DNA from: Minisyncoccota bacterium | Lineage (GTDB): Bacteria > Patescibacteriota > Minisyncoccia > Phycocordibacterales > UBA9973 | DNA length: 64,000 bases | Assembly (NCBI GenBank): GCA_028718635.1 | Contig: JAQULK010000001.1 | Span: 88,626 to 152,625, forward strand | Direction of reading: 5' to 3' | Shown: positions 40,713-50,314 of the stretch, in pieces | How the letters are laid out: every line of letters starts with the position of its first letter | How positions within the stretch are numbered: the stretch's first letter is position 1 | Notes under the pieces: generated by a model | Databases searched by the model: none | What the model saw: only the letters and a program-made list of their open reading frames with translations | Told to the model about the DNA's origin: nothing | Translations under genes and position numbers: made by a program

Positions 40713-40925
40713 GGAATTTTATAAAATTTCTGTGTTACGTTGCAGAATGAATTTTGCGCGACCAGTGTTATAATTAAGAATGTTTATAAAAGGGGGAGCG
40801 GAATGCGTATCGCACTACGAACATTCTGCGGTCTGGGTAACAGCAAAAAAATAGTGTGCGTGAGGACTGACCCATTAAGGACTAAACAGATTTATCTGCT
40901 TCCCCTTTTGCAAACACCAATAATT

Positions 40926-41435
40926 ATGAAAAAAAATTCTACAGCTTACATAGATGCTTCTAATCTGAAGTTTGGAGTTCAGCAAAGCAGTTGGGAGTTG
41001 GATTACAAAGCTTTTAGATCTTGGCTTCGTGATAAATTTGGTGTTTCTAAGGCCATACTTTTTATGGGACTTATTCCTTCAAATTTTGAACTTTACAACT
41101 ATCTTCAAAGTATTGGTTATGATATTGTTTTCAAGCCAACAATTACAAATAAGGATGGCAAGACAAAAGGTAATGTAGATGGAGAATTAATTTTGCGTAT
41201 TGCGAAAGACTTTTATGAAAATGATCTGAATAGTGTTGTGTTAGTGGCTGGCGATGGTGATTATCACTGTATTGTTGAATTTCTGAAGGAAAAAAAAGTT
41301 TCTACCTGTATTGTTTCTCCAAATAAAAAATATTTATCTTTTTTGTTAAAACGCATTAATGTGCCAATTATTATTTTAGATGATTTTATTGAAAAATTAA
41401 AGATTAAAACGAAAAAGCCCCCGAATATGCCGTAA
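40926..41435 (+). CDS. NYN/LabA-like domain protein (second copy)
   Basis: AYIDASNL, LVAGDGDYHCIV. Start at internal Met MKKNS. Upstream 40786..40915 forms a long-range stem. Confidence 0.65.
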   Translation: MKKNSTAYIDASNLKFGVQQSSWELDYKAFRSWLRDKFGVSKAILFMGLIPSNFELYNYLQSIGYDIVFKPTITNKDGKTKGNVDGELILRIAKDFYENDLNSVVLVAGDGDYHCIVEFLKEKKVSTCIVSPNKKYLSFLLKRINVPIIILDDFIEKLKIKTKKPPNMP

Positions 41436-41569
41436 CATATCAAGGGTCTTTTTCTTATTTATGAATATATTGTATCAAAAAGAAAATGTAAATGTCAATA
41501 GGAATGAAAAATTGCGATAAAAGAATAAAATTAATGCTAAAATAAAAGGAGTTAAAAAAGTTTATAAAG

Positions 41570-43789
41570 ATGCCTAGAAAAATTAAAAAAATAATCCCTT
41601 ACTTTCTCATACTACTTTTTTTTGTAGTTGTGGGAATTTTTAGTCCGATGGTAAAAGTGCATGCATCTGCGGCAGATCCTAACGAGGCTTGTACTAAAAA
41701 TGCAGATGGAAATTTTAATAATCTTCCTTGTAAGACAACGGTAATTAATGACGCAACTAATGAAACGGTAACAACATACTTTGGCGAGGATGGAAAAATA
41801 ATACCTGGTGCTGCTACTGTCACACCTCCAAAACCTGTAGAAAAATCAGAGTTTGAAAACTGGGCAAAAGAAGAATCTTGTGGAATCATAGGTAGCAGTT
41901 CTGTTGCTGGATGCACAAAAGCACTTTTTTATTATATTGTATATACTCCATCTTCTGTTTTTCTTACCATAGCAGCAAAATTCTTTAACGCTTTAATAAA
42001 AATAGCTTTGGACAGTGAAATGATCTCTGGTTCTACTTTTATTTCTACTGCATGGGGAGTCGTCCGTGACCTTTCAAACATCTTCTTCATCCTTATTTTA
42101 CTTTATATAGCTATCAAATTAATTTTAGGACTAGGAGGATCCGAAGTTAAAAAAATGATAGCAAATGTCATAATAATGGCTCTCCTCATAAACTTTTCTA
42201 TGTTTTTTACGAAAGTGATTATTGATACTTCCAACATCTTAGCTTTAATTTTTTACAACAAACTTGATGTTACCTATAAAGATCCAAACACCGGACAGCC
42301 AGCAACTAGACCCGATACCCCAACAACACCTGGAGAAAAAGAAATCTCAGGTGCTATGTATGGTTCTTTTGACGTAACTACAAAATTAAATAATTCAGTT
42401 TTTTGGGAAGATGTTAGAGGAGGAACAGATCATGTCCCTGTAGGAACAATGATTGGCATTATTTGCATTGCCGCTGGCATTATGCTTTTTGCGGCTTATG
42501 CTTTTTTTGTGTCTGGAGTAGCTTTTGTGGCCCGACTAATTGAACTATGGATTTTAATAATCTTTTCTCCTTTCGCTTTTATGTCTTTCACGGTGCCAAA
42601 ACTAGCTGGTACTGATTACATAGGATGGGATGGTTGGTTTAAGCGTTTATTGAAGGTGTCTTTTATGGCACCGATTTTTATGTTCTTTATATATTTAATA
42701 TTTTTATTATTAGAACCCCCAGGATTATTCGGCAATATAACAGCGCAAGCAAAAGCAAGTCAAACATGGGTACAAACTCTTCTGTTTACTCTTATCCCAG
42801 CAATGGTGATTATGGTTCTTCTTCTAAGAGCAACCAAGTATGCCAAAGAAGGCTCGGGAGCAATAGGAGAAATGGTCTTCAAGGGTGCAAAGATTGTGGG
42901 TGGTTTGGCTTTGGGAGGCGCAATAGGTGGAGCAGCGTTTGCTGGCAGAAATGTTATTGGTGGAGGTGGAGGATATCTTGCTAATAAGGCTGCGTCAGGA
43001 ATGAATAAACTTGGAGGTAAATTAGAAAACAAATATGGAAGAAGCTTTGGAATTAACAAGGTTGCTAGCGGACTAACAAGTGTTGGCACACGTGCACAAA
43101 AGGGTAGTTTTGATTTGCGTGGAATCCCTGGAGCAAGTAAAGCTATAGGAATGGCTGGACTAACTGCGGGTGTTGGTATTGGTAGCACCCTTGTTGGTAG
43201 TAGTAAAATAAAGACAGGAGGAATTGCACAGACACGAAAAGAAAAAGTGGAAAAGAGAATGAAGAGGGCGGATATGCTAAAGGTTAGAGAAGATGAAGGA
43301 TTGAAACAGAAATTAAATAAATCAGAAATTGACTTACAAACAATGTTGAATAAGGTTGCAAAAGATTTTGAAAAAATAGATAAAGGATTAGAAGGACAAA
43401 GACAAGCAAAAAATGACGCCGCAAAAGATTCAATAGAAGAAAAGAGTGCAATCGCAAATATCGCAGAACTTAAGGCACAAAAAGCAGCTCTAGTAACAGG
43501 AGCATTGCATACTGGTCAAATGTTAAAACCTGACGGAAGCGTCGAAAAAACCACTAGCGTTGACGGCTCGATCCTAAAGGTATCATCTGGTGACAATGTT
43601 GGAAAAACTATAAAACAACTACAAACTGAAGTAATTCCAGATCAAAAAAATGCGATACTCACAGAAAGCAGAAGGAGAACAACTGCCTTTGCTAACAGAA
43701 AGGGTAGTTGGGGACCATTAAGTAGCACGGCTAATAAAGAGGCAAGATATAAAATAATTATGGAATCAAAAATAGAAAGTAAAGCTTAA
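41570..43789 (+). CDS. polytopic membrane protein, VirB6/TrbL-like candidate
   Basis: 739 aa. Signal sequence. At least six hydrophobic helices centrally. Gly-rich segment. Charged coiled-coil C-terminal tail. First gene of the T4SS-like block. Confidence 0.45.
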   Translation: MPRKIKKIIPYFLILLFFVVVGIFSPMVKVHASAADPNEACTKNADGNFNNLPCKTTVINDATNETVTTYFGEDGKIIPGAATVTPPKPVEKSEFENWAKEESCGIIGSSSVAGCTKALFYYIVYTPSSVFLTIAAKFFNALIKIALDSEMISGSTFISTAWGVVRDLSNIFFILILLYIAIKLILGLGGSEVKKMIANVIIMALLINFSMFFTKVIIDTSNILALIFYNKLDVTYKDPNTGQPATRPDTPTTPGEKEISGAMYGSFDVTTKLNNSVFWEDVRGGTDHVPVGTMIGIICIAAGIMLFAAYAFFVSGVAFVARLIELWILIIFSPFAFMSFTVPKLAGTDYIGWDGWFKRLLKVSFMAPIFMFFIYLIFLLLEPPGLFGNITAQAKASQTWVQTLLFTLIPAMVIMVLLLRATKYAKEGSGAIGEMVFKGAKIVGGLALGGAIGGAAFAGRNVIGGGGGYLANKAASGMNKLGGKLENKYGRSFGINKVASGLTSVGTRAQKGSFDLRGIPGASKAIGMAGLTAGVGIGSTLVGSSKIKTGGIAQTRKEKVEKRMKRADMLKVREDEGLKQKLNKSEIDLQTMLNKVAKDFEKIDKGLEGQRQAKNDAAKDSIEEKSAIANIAELKAQKAALVTGALHTGQMLKPDGSVEKTTSVDGSILKVSSGDNVGKTIKQLQTEVIPDQKNAILTESRRRTTAFANRKGSWGPLSSTANKEARYKIIMESKIESKA

Positions 43790-43803
43790 GTAATTTAGAA
43801 AAA

Positions 43804-44346
43804 ATGACTGAAAAATCAAAAAAATTAATACAAGAGGAAATGTTGAATCTGCCAAAAGAAGCGCAAGATGCCATCAATGCTTCAAATTGGGAAAAACAAT
43901 CTGAAGAAATTGGAAAAAAATACTTACTGAATGAGGATGAAATTTATACTTTTCAACTAGAAACAGCTTGTTTTTTACTTGGTCTTATTGATGAAGATCA
44001 ATACCAAAAAAATATCGAAGATGGCATAGGCACCAGTAAAGCTGAAGCAGAAAAAATATCTGAAGAAGTAATACAGAAAATACTTATTCCTATCAATGAT
44101 CTTTTTGTAAAAAATATTAAAAAAAGCGATAAGGTAAAAAACGCAACGGCTGAGCAAAATCTTAATTTTATTTTATCCGGCGGGGATTATACGGCGTTTT
44201 TGGATGTTCCTCCTCTCGTTGATAAGGAGGGGAATGAGGGGAGGTTCTTAACTAATTCAAATTCACCTCACCCCGACCCTCTCCTTAGTAAGGAGAGGGG
44301 GAATACTGAAGAAACAGTCTTACCAGCCTTTTTTATTAAAAAATAA
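43804..44346 (+). CDS. hypothetical protein (paralogue of the next gene)
   Basis: 180 aa. N-terminus similar to 44364..44957. Carries an in-frame palindromic insertion encoding SNSPHPDPLLSKERGN. Confidence 0.45.
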   Translation: MTEKSKKLIQEEMLNLPKEAQDAINASNWEKQSEEIGKKYLLNEDEIYTFQLETACFLLGLIDEDQYQKNIEDGIGTSKAEAEKISEEVIQKILIPINDLFVKNIKKSDKVKNATAEQNLNFILSGGDYTAFLDVPPLVDKEGNEGRFLTNSNSPHPDPLLSKERGNTEETVLPAFFIKK

Positions 44347-44363
44347 TATATTAGAATAATTTT

Positions 44364-44957
44364 ATGGATAATAATACAGACAACACAACAGATTTATTAC
44401 AAATAAAAATTGACGAGGCAAAAGCGCAATTGCCGGAAGAAACCCGAAACGCGATCAATGCTGTTGACTATAAAGCGGTTATCTTGGAAATGAGAAAAAC
44501 AAAAGGTTACACTTTTGAACAACTGGGAGACTTGGAGACCGAAACAGAATTATTACTTTCTGGACTGACAAGTCCAGAGAATTATTCAAAAGAGCTAGAA
44601 AATAGAATGCATCTCTCAAAAGTTGAGGTCAATGAATTGATAAAAGAAATGAATGACCGCGTTTTTGCAAAAATAAAAGAAAACTTGATAAAAAGCAGTG
44701 AAGGAAAAAATGATATGAAAATATTAAATTCCGCGGGCATTGAAATAATATCCACCCCGTCTAGCAAGCTAGGCACCCCTCAAGAGGGGAATAACACTCC
44801 TCCGATTTTGGCGCAGAAATTATCCGGTTCTTTTCAAGTTCCCGTAGTGAAAACAGAACATTCTTTAGAGAATATTACCAAGACAATTGCGCCCACTCCG
44901 ATAAATGCCATTCCAAGCAAACCAGCCGTAGATCCATACCGAGAGATCCCTGAGTAA
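44364..44957 (+). CDS. hypothetical protein
   Basis: 197 aa. N-terminal region similar to 43804..44346 (LPEETRNAINAVDYK versus LPKEAQDAINASNWEK). Confidence 0.45.
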   Translation: MDNNTDNTTDLLQIKIDEAKAQLPEETRNAINAVDYKAVILEMRKTKGYTFEQLGDLETETELLLSGLTSPENYSKELENRMHLSKVEVNELIKEMNDRVFAKIKENLIKSSEGKNDMKILNSAGIEIISTPSSKLGTPQEGNNTPPILAQKLSGSFQVPVVKTEHSLENITKTIAPTPINAIPSKPAVDPYREIPE

Positions 44958-44978
44958 AAAATTCTTAATGGATATGCA

Positions 44979-45258
44979 ATCCCGTTAGAGATCACTTATG
45001 TTTTATTACACATATATTTTAAAAAGTAAGAAGGACGGTAAAATTTACACTGGATATACGCAAGACCTACGGAAGCGCCTGAATCAGCATAATAAAGGTT
45101 TATCTACATATACGAAAGGACGAGGCCCATTTATTTTGATATACTATGAAGGGTGTCTATTAGAAAGTAAAGCGAAGTCGAGAGAATTATTTTTAAAATC
45201 GGGAATGGGCAAGCGTTATCTAAAAAATAGATTAGGCGCTTCCTATCTCTAACGGGAT
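44979..45258. mobile_element. GIY-YIG gene bounded by perfect 14-bp inverted repeats ATCCCGTTAGAGAT / ATCTCTAACGGGAT (family A archetype)
   Basis: The inverted repeats directly flank the 84-aa GIY-YIG ORF. Termini match the solo family A repeats. Confidence 0.7.
44998..45252 (+). CDS. small GIY-YIG nuclease-family protein
   Basis: YYTYILKSKKDGKIYTGYTQDLRKRLNQHN. Confidence 0.7.
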   Translation: MFYYTYILKSKKDGKIYTGYTQDLRKRLNQHNKGLSTYTKGRGPFILIYYEGCLLESKAKSRELFLKSGMGKRYLKNRLGASYL

Positions 45259-45721
45259 GCAATTCAAAGTTCCACAATTTTTAGACATTGAAGATAAAAT
45301 ATTCGGCCCTTTTACTTTTAGGGAATTTGTTTATTTAGCCGGCGGGGCAGGCTTGTGTTTTATTCTTTATAAATTGCTGGGTCTTATTTTAGGAATAATA
45401 CCCATTTTAGCTGTCGCGGGATTTTCGCTCGCTCTTACTTTTTACAAACCAAATAATAAACCATTTATTAATATAATAGAATCAGGTTTTAAGTATTTTA
45501 CCCAAAATAAACTTTATATTTGGAAGAAAAAAGCAAATAAAACCACCTCTTCCCCCGCCTTCTCCAAAGGAGAAGGAGCCCTCTCCTTCGGGGAGGGTTT
45601 GGGAGGGGTAAACAAAATTCAAATGATGCATCCAGGCAGTTCCCCGTTGAGTGGGAGCAAGTTACGAGACTTGGCTTGGAGTTTAGATGTGCTGGACTTG
45701 AGTAAGCAACAATCCCGTTAG
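45257..45721 (+). CDS. PrgI-family (VirB3-analogue) membrane protein
   Basis: MQFKVPQFLDIEDKIFGPFTFREFVYLAGGAG followed by two TM helices. Lies immediately upstream of VirB4. In-frame palindromic insertion near the C-terminus. Confidence 0.55.
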   Translation: MQFKVPQFLDIEDKIFGPFTFREFVYLAGGAGLCFILYKLLGLILGIIPILAVAGFSLALTFYKPNNKPFINIIESGFKYFTQNKLYIWKKKANKTTSSPAFSKGEGALSFGEGLGGVNKIQMMHPGSSPLSGSKLRDLAWSLDVLDLSKQQSR

Positions 45722-45833
45722 AAGCCGCGGTCGCAGTTTAAAAAATATAAATATGTTAAATAGAAAAATAAAAATTAATAGAATAACAAAGCATAATCAC
45801 GGTCTGTTGACCGCGACCTGCTTCTAACGGGAT
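45711..45833. repeat. family A element (GAAGC subtype)
   Basis: Left inverted repeat contains the TAG stop of the PrgI-like gene. Right inverted repeat ends ...TAACGGGATG, giving the ATG of the next ORF. Inverse-orientation copy at 61725..61805. Confidence 0.75.
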
Positions 45834-46470
45834 GGCCTTAAACGCAAAAGCAACTCAAGAATTTGTCCCGATCAAGGAAGTCCGCGATGGAATCGTTGTA
45901 TTAAAAAACGACGAACTGCGAGCTATTGTCCTAGCCAATTCTGTCAACTTAGCCTTAAAATCTTCCGACGAACAACAGGCAACAATAATGCAATTCCAAA
46001 ATTTTCTTAACACTTTGGATTTTTCTGTGCAAATATCGATTCAATCAAGAAGACTGGACATTAGACCGTATCTTTTGCTTTTGGAAAACAGAATCAAGGT
46101 GCAAAATGAGCCTCTTTTAAAATTACAAACCAAAGAATATATAGACTTCATCAGAAATTTTACTGACTCAGTGGCAATAATGACCAAAAACTTTTTTGTA
46201 GTAGTGCCTTACACTCACACTGCCTTAAAATCAGACTCTGGAATCTTGGATAAAATATTTTCTAGAAAAAATAAAGAAGAAATAAAAGCTGCCAAACAAA
46301 TAGCCTTTGAAGAAAAAAGATCCCAATTGGAAGAAAGAGTGGCGGTCATTCAGCAAGGACTCTCTAGTTGCGGTATAAATTCAGCGCAGCTCGGCACCGA
46401 AGAAGTAGTGGAAGTATTTTATAAGGTTTTCAATCCGGGAGAGATAGAAGGGAAGATTAAAGTAGAATAG
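45832..46470 (+). CDS. VirB4/TraE-type ATPase, N-terminal segment
   Basis: FVPIKEVRDGIVVLKND...NLALKSSDEQQATIMQFQNFLNTLDFSVQISIQ resembles Gram-positive VirB4 N-termini. Confidence 0.5.
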   Translation: MALNAKATQEFVPIKEVRDGIVVLKNDELRAIVLANSVNLALKSSDEQQATIMQFQNFLNTLDFSVQISIQSRRLDIRPYLLLLENRIKVQNEPLLKLQTKEYIDFIRNFTDSVAIMTKNFFVVVPYTHTALKSDSGILDKIFSRKNKEEIKAAKQIAFEEKRSQLEERVAVIQQGLSSCGINSAQLGTEEVVEVFYKVFNPGEIEGKIKVE

Positions 46471-46509
46471 CATCGAGCGCCTTAGGCTCTCTGAGAGCCT
46501 AAGGCGCTA

Positions 46510-48369
46510 ATGCAAAATAAAATGAGTATCTTAGAAAACATTAAAAAATTATTTGGAAAAGAAAAAAGAGACGATAATGAAGAAACACAAGCTTCTGTTT
46601 TGGCCGTCTTGCCGGAAAAGATCTATGAGTCTGCCAATCTTGAACTTCAAGATGTCATAGCGCCGTCAGCCTTAAAAATTGACCCGAAATCCATAAATTT
46701 AGGAAACAAAATCGCCCGTACTTTTTTTATAATATCTTATCCGAGATATTTAACAGATAATTGGTTTTCTCCGATAATCAATTTGGATAAAATTTTTGAT
46801 ATTTCAATATTCATCCACCCCATAGACACTTCTCTCATGTTGCGGCAATTCCAGAAAAAAGTGGCTGAAGTTCAAAGCCAGATAAGCGTCCGAGAAGCAA
46901 AAGGGATGGTACGCGACCCGATGCTGGACACTGCTTATGAAGATTTGGAAGGGCTTCGCAATAATCTGATCCAAGCGCAAGAAAAGATGTTCGATGTGGG
47001 AGTTTACATTACGATTTATGCAGATAATGAATTAGAGCTATTTAAAATTGAAAATGAAATAAAATCAATGCTCGAATCGAAGCTCATATACATCAAGCCG
47101 GCGCTTTTCCAGCAAGAAGAGGGTTTTAAAAGCGTTATTCCAATAGAAACAGACTTATTGAACATCCATCAAAAATTAAACTCTGAGCCTCTTTCTAGTG
47201 TTTTTCCATTTATTTCCTCTGATCTTACTTCCGACAAAGGAATACTTTACGGTATCAACAGAAATAACTCGTCCCTCGTTATTTTCGACCGGTTCAGCTT
47301 AGAGAATTATAACTCCGTGACCTTTGCTAAATCAGGTTCTGGAAAATCTTATGCGGCAAAATTAGAAATTTTAAGATCATTAATGTTTGACACTGATGTC
47401 ATCGTAATAGATCCAGAAAGAGAGTACGAATTTTTAGCTGAAACTGTCGGCGGACGCTATTTTAATATTTCACTTTCCTCAGATCACCATTTAAATCCCT
47501 TTGATTTGCCAATACCTCGTGAAGATGAAACAGTGGAGGATGTATTGCGTTCAAATATTATAAACTTAGTGGGGCTTTTCAGGCTGATGCTAGGCGGACT
47601 CACCCCGGAAGAAGATTCAATGGTGGACCGAGCTATTTCAGAAACTTATGCTATGAAAGACATCACCCCGGAATCAGATTTTTCAAACATCGAACCTCCT
47701 CTTCTTTCAGATTTCGAAATGGTGCTCTCTGGGATGGAAGGAAGCGATTCGGTCATCGCCAGACTGGCAAAATACACCCGAGGCTCTTGGTCAACCTTCT
47801 TAAATAGACCGTCTAATGTAGATATCAACAAAAAATTCGTGGTTTTTTCTGTCCGTGATATGGAAGACGAATTAAAACCGGTAGCCATGTATATCATAAT
47901 GCATTACATTTGGAATGCGATAAGAAAGAATCTTAAAAAAAGACTTCTCGTAGTGGACGAAGCCTGGTGGATGATGAAATCTGAAGATACGGCTTCATTT
48001 CTTTATTCAATCGCAAAAAGAGGCAGAAAATATTATTTAGGTCTTTCCACTATTACCCAAGACGCAGCTGACTTTATGAAATCTCCATATGGCGTACCAA
48101 TAATCACCAACTCTTCCATTCAACTTCTCTTGAAACAATCGCCTACCACTATTGATATTCTGCAAAAAACCTTCAACCTCACTGATGAGGAAAAATATTT
48201 GCTTCTAGAATCCGGACTAGGGGAGGGTATATTTTTCGCAGGATTAAAGCACGTCGCTATAAAAATAGTTTCTTCTTATACTGAGGACCAGATCATTACC
48301 TCTGATCCTTCGCAAATATTATTAAACAAAAAAGCCAGAGAGGAGCAGGAGGCGAAGGATATGGTATAA
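46510..48369 (+). CDS. VirB4/TraE-type type IV secretion ATPase (central and ATPase domains)
   Basis: YPRYLTDNWF...ISIFIHPID. Walker A AKSGSGKSY. Walker B LLVVDEAWWM. Confidence 0.8.
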   Translation: MQNKMSILENIKKLFGKEKRDDNEETQASVLAVLPEKIYESANLELQDVIAPSALKIDPKSINLGNKIARTFFIISYPRYLTDNWFSPIINLDKIFDISIFIHPIDTSLMLRQFQKKVAEVQSQISVREAKGMVRDPMLDTAYEDLEGLRNNLIQAQEKMFDVGVYITIYADNELELFKIENEIKSMLESKLIYIKPALFQQEEGFKSVIPIETDLLNIHQKLNSEPLSSVFPFISSDLTSDKGILYGINRNNSSLVIFDRFSLENYNSVTFAKSGSGKSYAAKLEILRSLMFDTDVIVIDPEREYEFLAETVGGRYFNISLSSDHHLNPFDLPIPREDETVEDVLRSNIINLVGLFRLMLGGLTPEEDSMVDRAISETYAMKDITPESDFSNIEPPLLSDFEMVLSGMEGSDSVIARLAKYTRGSWSTFLNRPSNVDINKKFVVFSVRDMEDELKPVAMYIIMHYIWNAIRKNLKKRLLVVDEAWWMMKSEDTASFLYSIAKRGRKYYLGLSTITQDAADFMKSPYGVPIITNSSIQLLLKQSPTTIDILQKTFNLTDEEKYLLLESGLGEGIFFAGLKHVAIKIVSSYTEDQIITSDPSQILLNKKAREEQEAKDMV

Positions 48370-48376
48370 TAAAACT

Positions 48377-49363
48377 ATGAGACTTAGGTTTTTAACATTA
48401 AATTTTCTTATAACAATCGCGATACTAGGAACTTTTTTACCGCTCGCCGCAAAAGCAGTTTCGTCGGATGATGTTTTAGTTAATGTGTCACCAGAAAATC
48501 CAGCCCCTGGTGAAAACGTAAATATTTCTTTAAAAAGCTATGTTAATAATTTAGACATAGTTTTAATATCTTGGTCAGTAAATGGCAAGAATGTTTCCTC
48601 TGGGATTGGCAAGAAATCTTTTTCTCTTAATGCACCAAGCGCTGGAGGGGAAACAAGCGTCATCGCCACTGCTTCCTTGCCAGATGGCGCAGTAGATACA
48701 AAGGTAATAATAAGACCCTCGGCAATGGTGTTGCTTTCCGAAGCATTGGATTCTTATACACCTCCGTTTTATAAAGGCAAAGCATTACCTTCGCCTGATA
48801 GTTTAGTAAAAGTAGTTGCCTTACCAGAAATAAAATCTGGCTCTAATTTTATAAATCCTAAAAATCTGACTTACGCCTGGCAAAAAGATTACACCAGCAA
48901 CCAAGATGGTTCCGGTTATGGAAAAAATACTTTTACTTATGTAAATGATTATCTTGAAAACTCAAACAACATCGGAGTGACAGCCGGAACCACTGATCAG
49001 AAATTTTCCTCAACAGTAAATATAGACGTAAGAATGAAAGAACCAAAAATTATTTTTTACAAAAATGACGCCAAGCTGGGAACGATTTGGGAACAAGCAC
49101 TCGCTGATGGATATAAAATTCTCGGAAATGAAATCATTGAGGCAGCGCCGTATTTTTTCTCACCTCGCGACATCAGAGTTCCATTAGTCACTTTTGATTG
49201 GTTTATAAATAGCCAAACAATAAATGTGCCTAGTTATAGGAAAAATATACTGCCACTTCAAGCACAAGTGGGAACTTCCGGAACTTCTAAAATAAGATTA
49301 GAAATTAATAATGCCGATAAAATTTTTGAAAGCGCCGTTAAGGAAATCAATGTAAATTTTTAA
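48377..49363 (+). CDS. secreted hypothetical protein of the T4SS-like cluster
   Basis: 328 aa with signal peptide. No recognised motif. Confidence 0.45.
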   Translation: MRLRFLTLNFLITIAILGTFLPLAAKAVSSDDVLVNVSPENPAPGENVNISLKSYVNNLDIVLISWSVNGKNVSSGIGKKSFSLNAPSAGGETSVIATASLPDGAVDTKVIIRPSAMVLLSEALDSYTPPFYKGKALPSPDSLVKVVALPEIKSGSNFINPKNLTYAWQKDYTSNQDGSGYGKNTFTYVNDYLENSNNIGVTAGTTDQKFSSTVNIDVRMKEPKIIFYKNDAKLGTIWEQALADGYKILGNEIIEAAPYFFSPRDIRVPLVTFDWFINSQTINVPSYRKNILPLQAQVGTSGTSKIRLEINNADKIFESAVKEINVNF

Positions 49364-50299
49364 ATGATGAAGAAAGATATATTTAAAAAAATAATAGCCT
49401 TAACATATCTAACATTTTTATTATTTGGATTTCTTACTCCTGCTCGCCATATTTTCGCAGAAGATACTCCCAAAGATGCAACCTATCAACTTTTAGCTCC
49501 GCTTCCTGATCCAGAAGGAGGAAATGATATTGAGATTAATGATCCTACACATCCTGAAGCCCTAAGTGATTATTTAAACGTAATGATAAAGCTCATTATA
49601 GGCATCTGCGCTGTCTTGGCAGTGGTAATGATCGTAATGGGTGGCATTGAATATATGACGAGCGAATTGATTTCAAGTAAAGCAGCGGGTAAAGACAGAA
49701 TTATGCATGCAATTTTTGGTCTTATTTTAGCCCTTGGCGCTTGGACGATTCTCAATACCATAAATCCTAAATTACTCGATAGTAGTTTATCGAGTTTAAA
49801 AAATGTGACAGTGGAGGTAACTGCACAAAATTTTGCACTCTCTCCTTCAACGTATATTGTTCCCCTCGGTGGAAAAGGACAAGCAAGTGGTACAAACTGT
49901 GATGAAAATGCAGTTGCTGCGGCAAACGCCGGTCTTAGTAATGCTCAAATACATACACTCGCTTGCATAGGTGGAATAGAAAGCGGTTGTAAATCAGTCA
50001 AAAACTACGCTTGGGGGAATGGGTCCTCTGCGTATGGACCTTTCCAGATAACATTACAAGGGAATGCTGGATGTTTTACAAGCCAGGTTTGCCGCGACGC
50101 CGGAGCACCGCCTTATCCGCCTGGTTGTGCCGCCGGATTCCAAAATGGTAATCCTAAACCTGGTTCTCCGATTGTGGAACAATGCAAGAACGCTGCTAAT
50201 AATTTTAATTGCAGTGTCTCGGCTGCCGCATGTTTAATAAAAAAGAGACCGAACTATGGCGACTGGAACGCGAACAGCAATCTTTCAAAGTGCCTATAA
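49364..50299 (+). CDS. pilin-like two-helix membrane segment (VirB2-like) fused to a Cys-rich lytic-transglycosylase-like domain
   Basis: Signal sequence. Hydrophobic hairpin IIGICAVLAVVMIVMGG...IFGLILALGAWTILN. C-terminal IESG...AYGPFQI resembles the SLT ES...GLMQ motifs. Confidence 0.4.
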   Translation: MMKKDIFKKIIALTYLTFLLFGFLTPARHIFAEDTPKDATYQLLAPLPDPEGGNDIEINDPTHPEALSDYLNVMIKLIIGICAVLAVVMIVMGGIEYMTSELISSKAAGKDRIMHAIFGLILALGAWTILNTINPKLLDSSLSSLKNVTVEVTAQNFALSPSTYIVPLGGKGQASGTNCDENAVAAANAGLSNAQIHTLACIGGIESGCKSVKNYAWGNGSSAYGPFQITLQGNAGCFTSQVCRDAGAPPYPPGCAAGFQNGNPKPGSPIVEQCKNAANNFNCSVSAAACLIKKRPNYGDWNANSNLSKCL

Positions 50300-50314
50300 T
50301 TTAACCACATTTTT

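Noticed and set aside
40740-40925. N-terminal extension of the NYN-domain ORF
   Set aside because: The NYN homology starts at the internal Met (MKKNSTAYIDASN). The upstream part overlaps a structured GC-rich region more likely to be non-coding.
42760-43188. Pro-rich minus-strand ORF inside the VirB6-like gene
   Set aside because: Antisense to the Gly-rich coding segment (GGC/GGT codons read as Pro/Ala on the opposite strand). The plus-strand ORF is much longer and has coherent TM topology.
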